Below are positions 26,484-38,716 of a stretch of DNA of 64,000 bases, in pieces; within the stretch, counting starts at the first letter, position 1; each line of letters starts with the position of its first letter. Made by a program: the position numbers and the translations under genes. The notes under the pieces were generated by a model. It searched no databases, was not told the origin of the DNA, and was given only the letters and a program-made list of their open reading frames with translations. Source of the stretch: Octopus vulgaris (taxonomy: Eukaryota); NCBI GenBank assembly GCA_951406725.2, contig OX597821.1, forward strand, positions 77,562,001 through 77,626,000. Direction: 5' to 3'.

Positions 26484-27156
26484 CCACCTGACTGGCTCCC
26501 ATGCCAGTGGCACGTAAAAAGCACCATTCAAGCATGGTCGTTACCAGTGCCACCTGACTGGCTCCCATGCTGGTGGCACATAAAAAGCACCATTTGAGTG
26601 TGGTCCTTGCTAGTGCCGCCTGACTGGCTCCTGTGCTGGTGGCACGTAAAAAGCACCATTCAAGTATGGTCGTTACCAGTGCCACCTGACTGGCTCCCAT
26701 GCTGGTGGCACATAAAAAGCACCATTTGAGTGTGGTCCTTGCTAGTGCAGCCGGACTGGCTCAAGTGCTGGTGGCACGTAAAAAGCACCATTCAAGCATG
26801 GTCGTTGCCAATGCCACCTGACTGGCTCACATGCCAGTGGCACATAAAAAGCACCATTTGAGCGTGGTCGATGCCAGTGCCGCCTAACTGGCTCTGATGC
26901 TGGTGGCATGAAAAAAGCACTATTCAAGCATGGTCGTTGTCAGTGCTGCCTGACTCGCCCTCATGCTGGTGGAATGTAAAAAGCACCCACTACACTCTTG
27001 AGTGGTTGGCATTAAGAAAGGTATCCAGCTACAGAAACCTTGCCAGATCAGATTGGAACCTGGTGCAGCCTCCTGGTTTGCCAGTCCTCAATCAAACCGT
27101 CCAACCCATGCCAGCAGGGGAAAGCCGACGTTAAATGATGATGATGATGATGATGA
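26484..27156 (+). repeat. RTE-type 3' module with 66-bp tandem array (7 full units plus a partial)
   Basis: GCAC anchor at 26521, 26587, 26653, 26719, 26785, 26851, 26917 and 26983. Followed by the shared tail and (GAT)n. Confidence 0.9.
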
Positions 27157-27891
27157 GTTTTAGAGCAAGCCAAACAGTATACAAATATAGACTGTCTAAT
27201 TACTTTTGATAAAGTATGGTCCCACAGTTTCAGCAAAACTATCACTGTGTTGTTAAGAAGCTCTCTAGGGAAACATATGGACTCAGGATCAGTCCCACTG
27301 TGTGACACCTTGAGCGAGTGTCTTCAACTATAACCCAAAGCCAACTAAAGCCCACTGTGTGTGTGTGTGAGTGTGTGTCCTACCACTTCTTGACAACCAG
27401 TGCTGGTTTATTTATGTCCTTGTAACATGGCAGTTTGACAAAAATGACTGTTATAGGATAAACACCAAATTTTAAAATAATTAGTGGTTGGGTGATCTGT
27501 TCAGCTAAAGCCTCCAAGGTGGTGCCCCAGCATGGCCACAGTACCACCAAAACAAGTAAAAGATTTAAGTTATCACTGAATGTAATAACCAACTAATGAG
27601 GCAGTCTCTATATGGACTTTATTTCATAATTTGGTCTGAAGGATTAAATGTTCCTACAGCCTTCACAGGTCCTCCAAGACCAGTGAGTATCTTGGAAGCG
27701 TTTCTTAAGTCGACAATTGCTGGAAAACATTAAAACTGAGTATTCGAAAGGGTTGATGTTCTAGGTAAGGATAACAAGGCATGGTAATGAATGAGGAGCT
27801 TAGAGGATGGGGTAACAAGAGAAGGTGTGAATGATTAAGGTGAGACTTGCTGGAAGGTAGTACAATATCAGACAGTCTGAGAATCAAAGGT

Positions 27892-28591
27892 TATATTATT
27901 CATAATGGACAAATATTTGTCCTCATCTTGTTTGTTGTTATCACAATGTTTCGGCTGATGTATTCTCCAGCCTTGATCAGGTGTTCTGGTGGAATTTTGA
28001 ACCCAACCCTTGATTTGACTAATAGGGTACACTATGCCCACGGGCATATAGCGATGACAAAAGAGCGAGACCTCTGGAGATATGCTATGACTGAGAAGAC
28101 CCAGCAAATAAAGTGAGTTCACAGCTGTAACCTACACCAGTGTCGCATAACCAGCCCACTCAAAAAGGACCTTGGATCGTAGGGCGACATGCCATGCTTG
28201 AGGAGACCTATTGAGTCAAATACATCAAAACCAAAATCAAATCGAAATTGTAGTTGTGATCCTCATGCTGGTGCTACGTAAAAAGCACCATCCGAACGTG
28301 GACGATACCTTCGCCGCCTTGACTGGCTTCCATGCCGGTGGCACATAAAAAGCACCAACCGATTGTGGCCGTTGTCAGCCCGGTCTGGCCCCTATGCAGT
28401 GGCACGTAAAAAGCACTCACTACACTCACAGAGTGGTTGACATTAGGAAGGGCATCCAGCAGTAGAAACACTGCAAGATCAGACTGGAGCCTGGTGCAGC
28501 CTTCTGGCTTCCCAGATCCCCGGTCGAACTGTCCAACCCATGTTAGCATGGAGAACGGACGTTAAACGATGATGATGATGATGATACATAC

Positions 28592-28624
<33 letters not shown>

Positions 28625-29095
28625 CACACACGGCAGGCTTCTTTCAGCTTCTGTCTGCCAGATCTACTCACAAGGCATCCAGCAGTAGAAACACTGCCAA
28701 ATCAGACTGGAGCCTGGTGCAGCCTCCTGGCTTCCCAGACCCCAGTCGAACCGGCCACTCCATGCCAGCATGGAAAACAAACGTTGAACGATGATAATGA
28801 TCATCATGATCATGATCATGATAAGAATGCGAGCTACTAACCCTTGGATTCTTAGTTCAATCCTAGTCAGGGACTTGAAAAATAATATCAACAGAAAAAT
28901 AACATCAGCAACATACCTGATGAATGAGAACAGTATACCCCATTAGTCAAATAAAGGGTTGGGTTTGAAATTCCACTAGAACACCTTATGAAGGCTGGAG
29001 AATACATCAGCCGGAACGTTGTGATAACAAACAAGATGAGGACAAATATCCATCCCTTGTAAATAATGTAATTCCTCATCCCAAAAATGAAGAAT
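27892..29095 (+). mobile_element. Second copy of the tRNA-headed hammerhead-tailed element, split by RTE-type insertions (28054-28820)
   Basis: Inverted arms at 27892-28033 and 28932-29070. Head split as GGGCATATAGCG (28042-53) and TAAGAATGCGAGCTACTAACCC..AGTTCAATCC (28822-28877). Ribozyme cores mutated. Confidence 0.65.
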
Positions 29096-29299
29096 AATAT
29101 AATTAAAGGTTACTCTAATAGTCTAACGGCAGAGGTTAGATCTGTGAGAGGTTGATCTGTGAGAGGTTGGAGTGAGAACCCTACTAACCACCTGGGTGGT
29201 TGTTGTTTTTTTTTAGGAAATAGCAGCCTAATATCCCCCAAATCATGAAAAAATTAGTGGGGGATTTTGCTAAATATAATCCTGGATACACGAAATGGC

Positions 29300-30200
29300 G
29301 GGATGGTCATAGATGGAACGTCACTGATCAGGGATCCGCACTATCAAGCCGGTTTAGGACTAAACAAAACATGATACGAAATCTATGCTGAAAATATAAT
29401 GATGTTACGTATCGATGATAAATAAAAATAATTGCGATCGGACAGCCGTGAGTATTTGCGTCATTCCATTCATAAGCTTTGGATATAAACAATGAGGAAC
29501 TGTCCCGGCACCTGACGCCGTCGAAATAAATGGTCCAACACGTGAATTTATTTATTATTGCAACAGAATGTGGTGAGTGGGAAGCTCTGCCAGTAGGAAA
29601 GTTACGAGCATCATACGATGCGACTTTGCTGTTGTGAATCTTGTTGTGGATGCCAAAAAGACGTCATTCTTGTTAAACAATGTCGCGGTGGACGTAGAAT
29701 GAACAGAATCTTTTAACCAACAAAGTTTGCGTTCGGGTTTCGATTCCTGATTGCAACCATTCGCACTTACGCCGCTCATAGCTCTAAAGAAGGTATGAAT
29801 TCCACAGAATCTCATTCCCCTTTCCTTAAACAACCGAATCCTTGTGCTTCTACACGATATTATTATTATGCAATACAATACACGCAACAGAGAAAAAACC
29901 CATTGCCTTTTACGTTTAGAGCTTCCGGAATGAAATAAAAAAAACGAAAAATGTATAAATATATAGCTTAAATGTTTGCTTGTTAAATTTGACATCTATT
30001 TTGAGATTATTTCAAACATTGAAACAAAATAACATGAGAAATCTGATTATATTTACCAGACACCAAAGTATTTATATTTAGACCTCAGCCATGATTGTAA
30101 TACATACGGTAGTCGTAAAATAGAGTTTCGAATTAAAATTTAGGATTTGTCTCAGATATAACACAGAATTATTATGGCAAAAATCGCGATAAATCTAAAT
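29300..30200 (-). promoter_or_regulatory. CpG-rich unique segment, candidate HTATSF1 promoter and 5'UTR exon(s)
   Basis: Visibly higher CpG density than its flanks. ETS-type CTTCCGGAA near 29922, E-box CACGTG near 29539. Minus-strand donor candidates GTAAGT (exon end 29771) and GTAAAT (exon end 30057). Confidence 0.55.
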
Positions 30201-30407
30201 TTTTGAAATGCTAAAAATATGTTTATTTTATTTATTTCATGGCTATGGGGAAATTTAAGATCTAACGATATGCCAAAAATTAGATTATACAGGGGAAATA
30301 ACTACGATGGAAATGAACAAAAGTCGTGTTGAGTTAATTAATTAAATGATAATTAATTACGAGAAGTGCGAGATGGACATAACAGTTATTTCCCTTGTCC
30401 TATTGTC

Positions 30408-30622
30408 CTTTCTACTATAGGCACAAGGCCTGAAATTTGGGGGAAGAGGAGGATAATCGATTACATCGACTCCAGTACTCAACTGGTACTTAATTTATCG
30501 ACCCCGAAAGAATGAAAGGCAAAGTCGACCTCGGCGGAATTTGAACTCAGAATGTAACGACAGACGAAATACCGCTAAACATTTCACCCGGCGCGCTTAA
30601 CGTGTCTGCCAGCTCGTCACCT
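30408..30622 (-). mobile_element. SINE family 2 copy with target-site duplication
   Basis: CTTGTCCTATTGTC repeated at 30394-30407 and 30627-30640. Confidence 0.8.
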
Positions 30623-33590
30623 TTCTCTTGTCCTATTGTCGTTTGTCGACTTGCATAAGTTCTGACCTTCTATTAATAACTGTACCGTAACTCTATTCAT
30701 GTTGTTATCTATTCCTGCTATGTATGTCTTAGTCAGGGCTGAACTACACAACTGTGCTCCTGCGATTCCTGGAATTTGTTACATGAATATTTCTTAGTGG
30801 TGGTAAAGAATACGCACACCACCCGTTTTCGACGTAACGAAAACCCTTACCCTAAACACCGGTGTGCGTATTCTTTACTTTCGCCTATTTCTTTTAATGA
30901 AATTTCCCAGGGCAAGAATTCCTTTTGTACCCCAGCTCCCAAAAGGAAAAGCACCCCTTTTAACCCTTTTTTTATTTAATTTTTTTTTTACACATACGAA
31001 TCTAAAAACATTGGCAAAATTCGGCATTGTTTAATTACCCCTCCCACCCCCTAATTTCTTCATTTTTTACTTTTTTCAGAATTTTTTTTATTTTTGAATA
31101 TGCGGAAAAATACGGAGATTATGATTCTGAAAAAAAATTCCAAAAATTTTTCTAGTCAGGGTTAGGGGTTATGGTTTTTGAGTGTTAGGGTTAGGGTTAC
31201 GGTTAGGGAAAAAAGTGAAAAATGAAGAAATTGGGGGGAAGGAGGGAGCCAGATATTTCAAAATTCCGATTTTTTTGGCAATTTTCCGGAATCTTTGTAT
31301 CTGAAAACGGGGGGTTTTGGCAAATAAAATAAAATAAAATAAAATAATTTGCGAGAAAATTGCGGGGACGGGAAGAAGTCTTTCCTTTCCCAGGCCTGCG
31401 GCATACCAAAGATCTATATTAACAAATTCACTTCCGATAATCTTTTTGGTTTTAATAACGATGATTCTTTTATTCTTTTACTTGTTTCAGTCATGTGACT
31501 GTGTCCATGCTGGAGCACCGCCTTTAGTCGAGCAAATCGACCCCAGGACTTATTCTTTGTAAGCCTAATACTTGTTCTATCGGTCTCTTTTGCCAAACTA
31601 CTAAGTTACTGAGACGTAAACACTCCAGCATCGGTTGTCAAGCGATGTTGGGGGGACAAACACAGGCACACAAACATATACATGCACACATACACAGATA
31701 TATATATATATATACGACGGGCTTCTTTCAGTTTCCGTCTACCAAATCCACTCAAAAGGCTTTGGTCGGCCCGAAACTATAGTAGAAGACACTTGCCCAA
31801 GGTGCCATGCAGTGGGACTGAACCCGGAACCATGCTGCAGCACCACCTTGAAGTATTTTTAGTCGAACGAATCGACCCCAATACTTTTTTTTTTAAAGCC
31901 AGGTTCTTATTCTATTGGTCACTTTGACCGAACAGCTAAGTTACAGGGATGTAAACACACCATCACCGGTAGTCAAACGGTGGTGGGGACAAACACAGAC
32001 ACAAAGATGCGCACACACACACACACACATAGATATTCTTTCAGTTTCTGACTACCAAATCCACTTGCAAGGTTTTGATTGGTTGAAGGTTATAGTAGAA
32101 GACACTAGCCCAAGGTAGGACTGAACCTGGATCCATGTAGTTGGGAGGCAAACTTCTTACCACCCAGCCACACCTGTGCCTATCTCTAGAAAACTGCATT
32201 TTATTAAAAAAAATATTCATTTAAGGAATTCCAGAAGGCATAGGAGTGGCTGTGTGGTAAGTAGCTGGCTACAAGCCACATGGTTCCGGGTTCAGTCCCA
32301 CTGCGTGACATCTTGGGCAACTATCTTCAACTATAGCCTTGGGCTGACCAAAGCCTTGTGAGTGGATTTGGTAGACGGAAACTGAAAGAAGCCCATCATA
32401 TATATGCATATACATACATATATATGTGTGTGTGTGTGCATGTGCATGTATATGTTTGTGTGTGTGTGTGTCCCCCCCCCCCACCATTGCTTGACAACCG
32501 ATGCTGGTGTGTTTACATCCCCATAACTTAGCGGTTCGGCAAAAGAGACCAATAGAATAAGTACTAGGCTTACAAAGAATAAGTCCTGGGGTCGATTTGC
32601 TCGACTAAAGGCGGTGCTCCAGCATGGCCACAGTCAAATGGCAGAAACAAGTAAAAGAGTAACGCATTCCGTTATAATCATAATCTACGCCATCCGAAAT
32701 GTCTTTGTAGAAAATTTTTTCCAAAAAAACCCATTTTCAGAAAGATACAAGGAAACAAAATCGGGGAAGGGACACAATTGTGTTGTTATGCCTACGTTTA
32801 TTATTTATGCTGATACACAATTATGAAAAGACAAACTTTGAAAGACAGCCAATGATGGCATTAGGAAGGGCATCCAGCTGTAGAACATATGTCGAAACAC
32901 AAATACAACCTAGGCAACTTTCCAGCTGGTCAGCTCCTTTCAAACTGTCCAACCCATGACAGCATGGAGAATGGGCATTAAATGATGTTTGAAAAATTGT
33001 TGGGAAGTACCTGGAGGTTTGTAAAAGTAACAAATGCAGATCAGCATCTTTGAGGGACAAAATTCTCATCATGCTGCATCATCATTATCATCATCCTCAT
33101 TATGAGTTCAAATTCCGCCAAGGTCAACTTTGCCTTTCGTCCTTTTGGGGGTCAGTAAATTAAGAACAAGTAGGGTGCTGGGGTTGCTTTAATCGACTCT
33201 CCCCCTCCCCACAAAATCCAGGCCTTGTGCCTATAGTAGAAAGGATTATCATCATCCTCTTTTAATGTCCATTTTCCATGACCAGAGCTGGCAAGCCACA
33301 GAGCGACACTAAGTTCCAGTCTGATTTGGCGTGGTTTCTACAGCTGGATGTCCTTCCCAATGCCAATCACTCTACAGTGTATGCCAGGGGCTTTTAACAT
33401 GGCACTGTATGAGTGTTATGTGGCACAACACGAGCATTGTTACATGGCACCAGCCCGAGTGCTTTTTAGGTGGCACAGACACTGGACTTTGCAAGCCAAT
33501 CCTTTTTACCAGGGGTATGGCCTTTACACTTCTGCTGTGTAGTACAGGTCATCCTCAGTACAGCAAGATGCCAGGTATTTCTCACCTTAA

Positions 33591-33830
33591 GGCGGCAAGC
33601 TGGCAGAAACGTTAGCACGCCGGGCGAAAAGCTTAGAGGTATTTCATCTGCCGCTACGTTCTGAGTTCAAATTCCGCCGAGGTTGACTTTGCCTTTCATC
33701 CTTTCAGGGTCGATTAAATAAGTACCAGTTACGCACTGGGGTTGATATAATCGACTTAATCCGTTTGTCTGTCCTTGTTTGTTCCCTCTATGTTTAGCCC
33801 CTTGTGGGTAGTAAAGAAATAGGTATTTCT
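33591..33830 (+). mobile_element. tRNA-derived SINE family 2 (Meta/MESC-domain-like)
   Basis: GAGTTCAAATTCC B box and central GACTTTGCCTTTCATCCTTTCGGGGTCGAT..AAGTACCAG. Copies at 11212-11437, 19178-19600, 30408-30622, 44001-44415, 48870-49442 and 50165-50405. Confidence 0.8.
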
Positions 33831-34314
33831 CTCCTTTCTCATTTCATTTGAAAGGCCCAGTATCCTGAGGTCGCCCTTCAGTACTCCATCCCATGTCTTC
33901 CTGGGTCTCCTTCTTCTACGTGTTCCACCTACTTTGAACGATCAGCATTTCTTTATGGAGCTGTTGGCATCCATCTGTGTTGCATGACCAAACAAGCACA
34001 GACTTCTCCCTTGTGCACAACATTGAATTCCTTTCATGCCTAACTTCTCTCTCACTACACTAGCACTCTGTCAAACATAGACACTTATATTGCACATCCA
34101 GTGGAGCATATAAGCCTTGTTCCCCTCTTGCTAAACTAAGTTTATTGATACAGACAATGCCTTTTCAAATGGATAGGCCTCTTGTATCAACTAACTAAGA
34201 TTTTGTTTGTCTATTTGGCCCATAAATGTAAAAATTTGTCCTCACTACTGATGCTTTTAGACTGTCACCCTAATGAAATTCCTTACACACATTGATACAC
34301 ATGTGCATCCACAT

Positions 34315-34349
<35 letters not shown>

Positions 34350-35020
34350 CACGCACATACACACACACACACACATACACACACTCAGTGTGAGATATAT
34401 ATATATTTCTTTATTGCCCACAGGGAGCTCAACATGGAGGGGACAAAGGGATTAAGTCAATTACATCGACCCCGAAAGGATGAAAGGCAAAGTCGACCTC
34501 AGTGGAATTTGAACTCAGAACATAACAGCAGGCGAAATAGTGCTAAGCATTTCGCCCAGCATGCTAACGTTTCTGCCAGCTCACCGAGTGATATACATAT
34601 ACGCAGACTGAGAGAGAGTGTGGTAAATGTATATAGAGAGAGGGAAGCTTACAATGAGAAAAGCGAAAATGAAAGAGAGAGACGAATAGAGAGAGAGAGA
34701 GAGACCTTTTCAGTTGCTCTCATAGATTTTGAAATCTTTGAAATTAAGTGAAAATGTTTAAGCTTGTTATATAGAAGTACTTTTTCACACTGAATCTAAT
34801 TTTGTGATTTATTTATTCCAGAAACGCTTTAGAAAAATGTTATAGTGGTTTAAAACTTTGATAATTTTTACTCAATCCGAAAACAGGATTTGGAAGCTAG
34901 CATTATCTGCATGATGGCTGTCTATCATAAAATGAAACTAAACATTACAATGAAGTTTTAGACAAAATGAAAGCCATTACCTGTCATATCAAGAGAGAGA
35001 GGTGGGAGTAACATGCATGA

Positions 35021-35900
35021 GAGATGCCCCTGGGAGCTCCTCTATGCTGATGACCTTGCTCTAATTGCTGAGTCACTATCAGAACCAGAGAAGTTTCAGG
35101 TGTAGAAGCAAGGATTAGAATCAAAGAGCCTTAGAGTCAACCTAGCTAAAACCAAAGTTCTAATAAGTAGGAAGGCAGGCAAACCACAAATCCCTTCAAG
35201 TAGCAGGCCCGGCTCAATCTGTAGAAAAGGCATAGGTAGAAACTCTATAAGATGCACCAAGTGTAAGCTATGGACACATAAGAGGTGCAGTAGTATCAAA
35301 GGAAGGCTAACTGGGAAGATTGATTTTGTATGTGGCAGATGCTCAGGAGCAATAAATACTGAAAATGTGCAGAGAACAACTTCTGTCACATTTCAGGGAG
35401 AAAAACTAGAAATAGTTGATAGCTTCTGTAACCTAGGTGACCAAGTCAGTAGCAAGGGTGGGTGCTCTGAAAGTGTAGGTACTAGAATAAGAATAGCCTG
35501 GGAAAAGTTCACCTCTGCTGGTGACAAAGGGTCTCTCACTCAGAGTAAAAGGTAGACTGTATGACACATGTGTACAAACAGCCATGCTACATGGCAGTGA
35601 AACATGGGCCGTGACCGCCGGATGTGTAATGTCAGTGTGCATAATCGACAAAGTGTAAGTGTCTTGAGAGAAAAGTTGGACCTAAGAAGCATCAGATGTG
35701 GTGTGCAAGAGAAACGACTGTGCTGGTATGGTCATGTGGTGAGAATGGAGGAGGATAGCTGTGTGAAAAAGTGTCACACCCTAGTAGTTGAGGGAACCTG
35801 TGGAAGAGGTAGACCCAGGAAGACCTGGGACGAGGTGGTGAAGCACAACCTTCGAACATTAGGCCTCACCGTGGCTATGACTAGTGACCGAGACCTTTGG
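35021..35900 (+). mobile_element. RTE-clade LINE ORF fragment, decayed
   Basis: ELLYADDLAL, VNLAKTKVL, LEIVDSFCNLGD, LCWYGHVVRM, GRGRPRKTW. Contains an internal stop and deletions. Confidence 0.88.
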
Positions 35901-36888
35901 AATACAAAGAATAAGTCCTGGGGTCAATTTGTTCGATTAAAAGTGGTGCTCCAGCATGGCCACAGTCAAATCACTGAAACAAATAAAAGAACACATACAC
36001 ACACATACTCTCTCATTTACATTTGTGTTTTTATGTTTATTCTTGTCCTCCCCCAACCACGTGGTAACCAGTGCTGGTTTGTTTATATCCCCACAACCTA
36101 GTGGTTCAGTAAAAAAGATCAATGGAATAAATACCAGGCTTGGTGATTAGTGCGGGATTCAATTTGCTTAACGAAACCCTTTGAAGCAGAGCCCCAGCAT
36201 GGCCGCTGTCCAGTGAGCGAAACAAGTAAAAGATACATAATTATAATTATGATAGTAAGCCTCTTGCAGACCAAAACTTTGTAAGTGAAACTTGACCAAT
36301 GGAAATTGTGTCAAAGACCACGGCGGAGGAAGGGGTCTGCTTTTTGTTCATAGATTTAGTCTTTTGCTTGGTTTAGCATCATCTCTTGCCGCTCAGGTCT
36401 CTTCAGCAGAATCTACACTGCTTAAAGCATTTGGGTTTGGTCTCCAGTTTTAAAATTCCTGACTTCTTCCTTCCAAACTCCAAAACACTGGAACTGTCAT
36501 AAGTACTGCCCTTCCCTCACTGACCATGACTCAAAAGAAGAAAACATCTTTTCTTCTCAAACTTTAACCGATCCTTTAGAATCCTATTTTCCAATCAAAA
36601 CAAACTTTCCGCTGATTTATACACTCTTGTTTACAAACAGTGAACAGGAAAACAGTGTGTAAAATGGTGATATCTGGCGACATCCTGTTGACTTACGAAA
36701 CAGTTACATGGCTGGTAAATCCTTTTATTCTTGGTTAACAAAACTGGTTTCTCCTTTCTTTACGTCATCATACCATCGTCCTATCATCTTATCACTTTAA
36801 TTGCAGAACTATCAGCCATAAACAAAACAAAATTATTATTTGTTTTTCAATCGTTATAACTCTTAAGCAATGTGTTGTGATCAGAACA

Positions 36889-36976
36889 GTTGTTGTTGTT
36901 GTTGTTGATGATGATGGTGGTGGTGGTGGTGGTGGTGATGGTGTGGTGGTGGTGACGACGACGATGATGATGACGA

Positions 36977-37010
<34 letters not shown>

Positions 37011-37045
37011 GGTGGTGGTGGTGGTGATGATGATGATGATGATGA
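36889..37045. repeat. Compound trinucleotide microsatellite (GTT/GAT/GGT/GAC)
   Basis: Read directly from the sequence. Confidence 0.95.
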
Positions 37046-37559
37046 GTAGTGTTGATCAGAGGTACACTGGCACAGAGATAGCAGATCAATTGCTGATGGA
37101 ATCTCCTTTAGTACAGTACCACAGATATTGAACACAAGATGGGGTGGGAGTGGGGTAGGAGATCTGACATTTAATCAATACTGTAATGGTATTGATCTGG
37201 CTTTTGTTATCAACGATATGTTTTTCACTATTTTTTGTTTTATTATTCTAAGTTCAAATATTGTCAGAATCAGTTTTGACTTCCATTTTCACAAATGTTC
37301 CATATATTTTCAAGGTATATGAGAAAATGTTAAAAATCTTTTCTTTTCTTTTGACTGCCGCCATGTTAGGGCACTGCCTTGAAGGGTTTTAATTGAACAA
37401 ATCAAACCCAGGACTTTTTTTTTAAACCTAGTACTTATTCTACCAGTCTTTTTTGCCAAACTGCAAAGTTACAGGGATGTAAACACACCAACATTGGTTG
37501 TCAAGTGGTGGTTGAGGACAAACACACACACAAAGTTATATATAAACATATATATATTA

Positions 37560-38716
37560 AAAATGGGGAAAGCCGGTTTATGGGATTACCTTAGGTTTCC
37601 CATCCATAAAGGGTTTATGATTCTTTAAGGTTTGAATAATTCACCTCTGGAAACATTAGTTTTTCGTTCAGCATCATTCAACAATCCTTATTCAGAAACC
37701 TTTTGAGCAAGATTGGCTAGTTGACCAGAACAAAATTCTAACAGACACCCACCTGCAAGGTTATCTCCTGTCTATCTTGATCATCATGTCACGCACATTT
37801 GGTTACAATGCATGTGCCTGATGTACCTTTATCAGACAGGTAGTCATGATGGGTATACTGGGTTTTGTATATTTGTACCCCAAATATCACTTTGATGGCA
37901 TGAGCAGTTCTCTCACTCAATAATAATATTCAATAACAGGTACTGGCTTGCATGGCATCTGATTTTAATTGATTTGTTTTGATATAAAAGATTGGATACA
38001 ACAAATATTATCCTCAATAATGTAGATTTGCTTGTCAGTTGTTTTACCTTAACCGGATGAGCATGTCCCCTAGTGGCTGACTTTATGTGCATCTCTGATT
38101 ATAAGCAGAAGTAGGGGGCGAGTATCATAGCAATGTGTTGAGAGGAATTCTTTAAGGTTTGAATAAATCACCTCTGGAAACATGGGTGATTCGTTCAACA
38201 TACTTATGCAACCCTTATTCAGTGACCTTTTGAGTGGGATGGGCTACCCAACCTGAAGAAAATTCTAACTGGGCCTCACCTGCAAGGTGTAGGGCAGGAT
38301 TCACAGCAAACAAACTGTAGACAGAAACTTCACAGCAGGCTACCTAGGAAGTTGGTCAGCAGGAAAACAAAAAGGACTTCTGGGAAGAGAAGGAAAACCG
38401 AAGAATGTCAACAGTGAGCGTGAAACGAATCTGAGTGAACAAAAATAACTGATGAATTAAGCCCTGGTGTACATAAAGTAATACACCTTTGGTAAATGTA
38501 TTCTCGTCTCCACTAGTTTGTTTGTGTATAGCTTAACAAAGCTATAAAGATCATGCACTGTTAATCTTGATATGAGATCACTATGTCATGCACAAATGTG
38601 CCTGGTGTACCCTTATCAGACAGGCAATCACGATGGGTATACTGGGCTTCGTATATTTTACCCCAGTGTCACCTTGATGGCATGCACTGCTCTCTCACTC
38701 AATAATAATAATAATA
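37560..38716 (+). repeat. Two tandem copies of an unclassified interspersed repeat ending in CTCTCACTC(AAT)n
   Basis: TTCTTTAAGGTTTGAATAA..CACCTCTGGAAACAT and TTATCAGACAGG..GATGGGTATACTGGG each occur twice (37.6-37.9 kb and 38.1-38.7 kb). Confidence 0.7.

Noticed and set aside
17254-29095. Selective inactivation of sense-strand hammerheads inside the HTATSF1 pre-mRNA
   Set aside because: Antisense copies in the same introns are equally mutated, so age explains the pattern.
36690-36830. Candidate minus-strand exon ending at GTAAGT near 36696; similar candidate at 57030-57150
   Set aside because: No recognisable protein similarity, no convincing acceptor and no partner exons.
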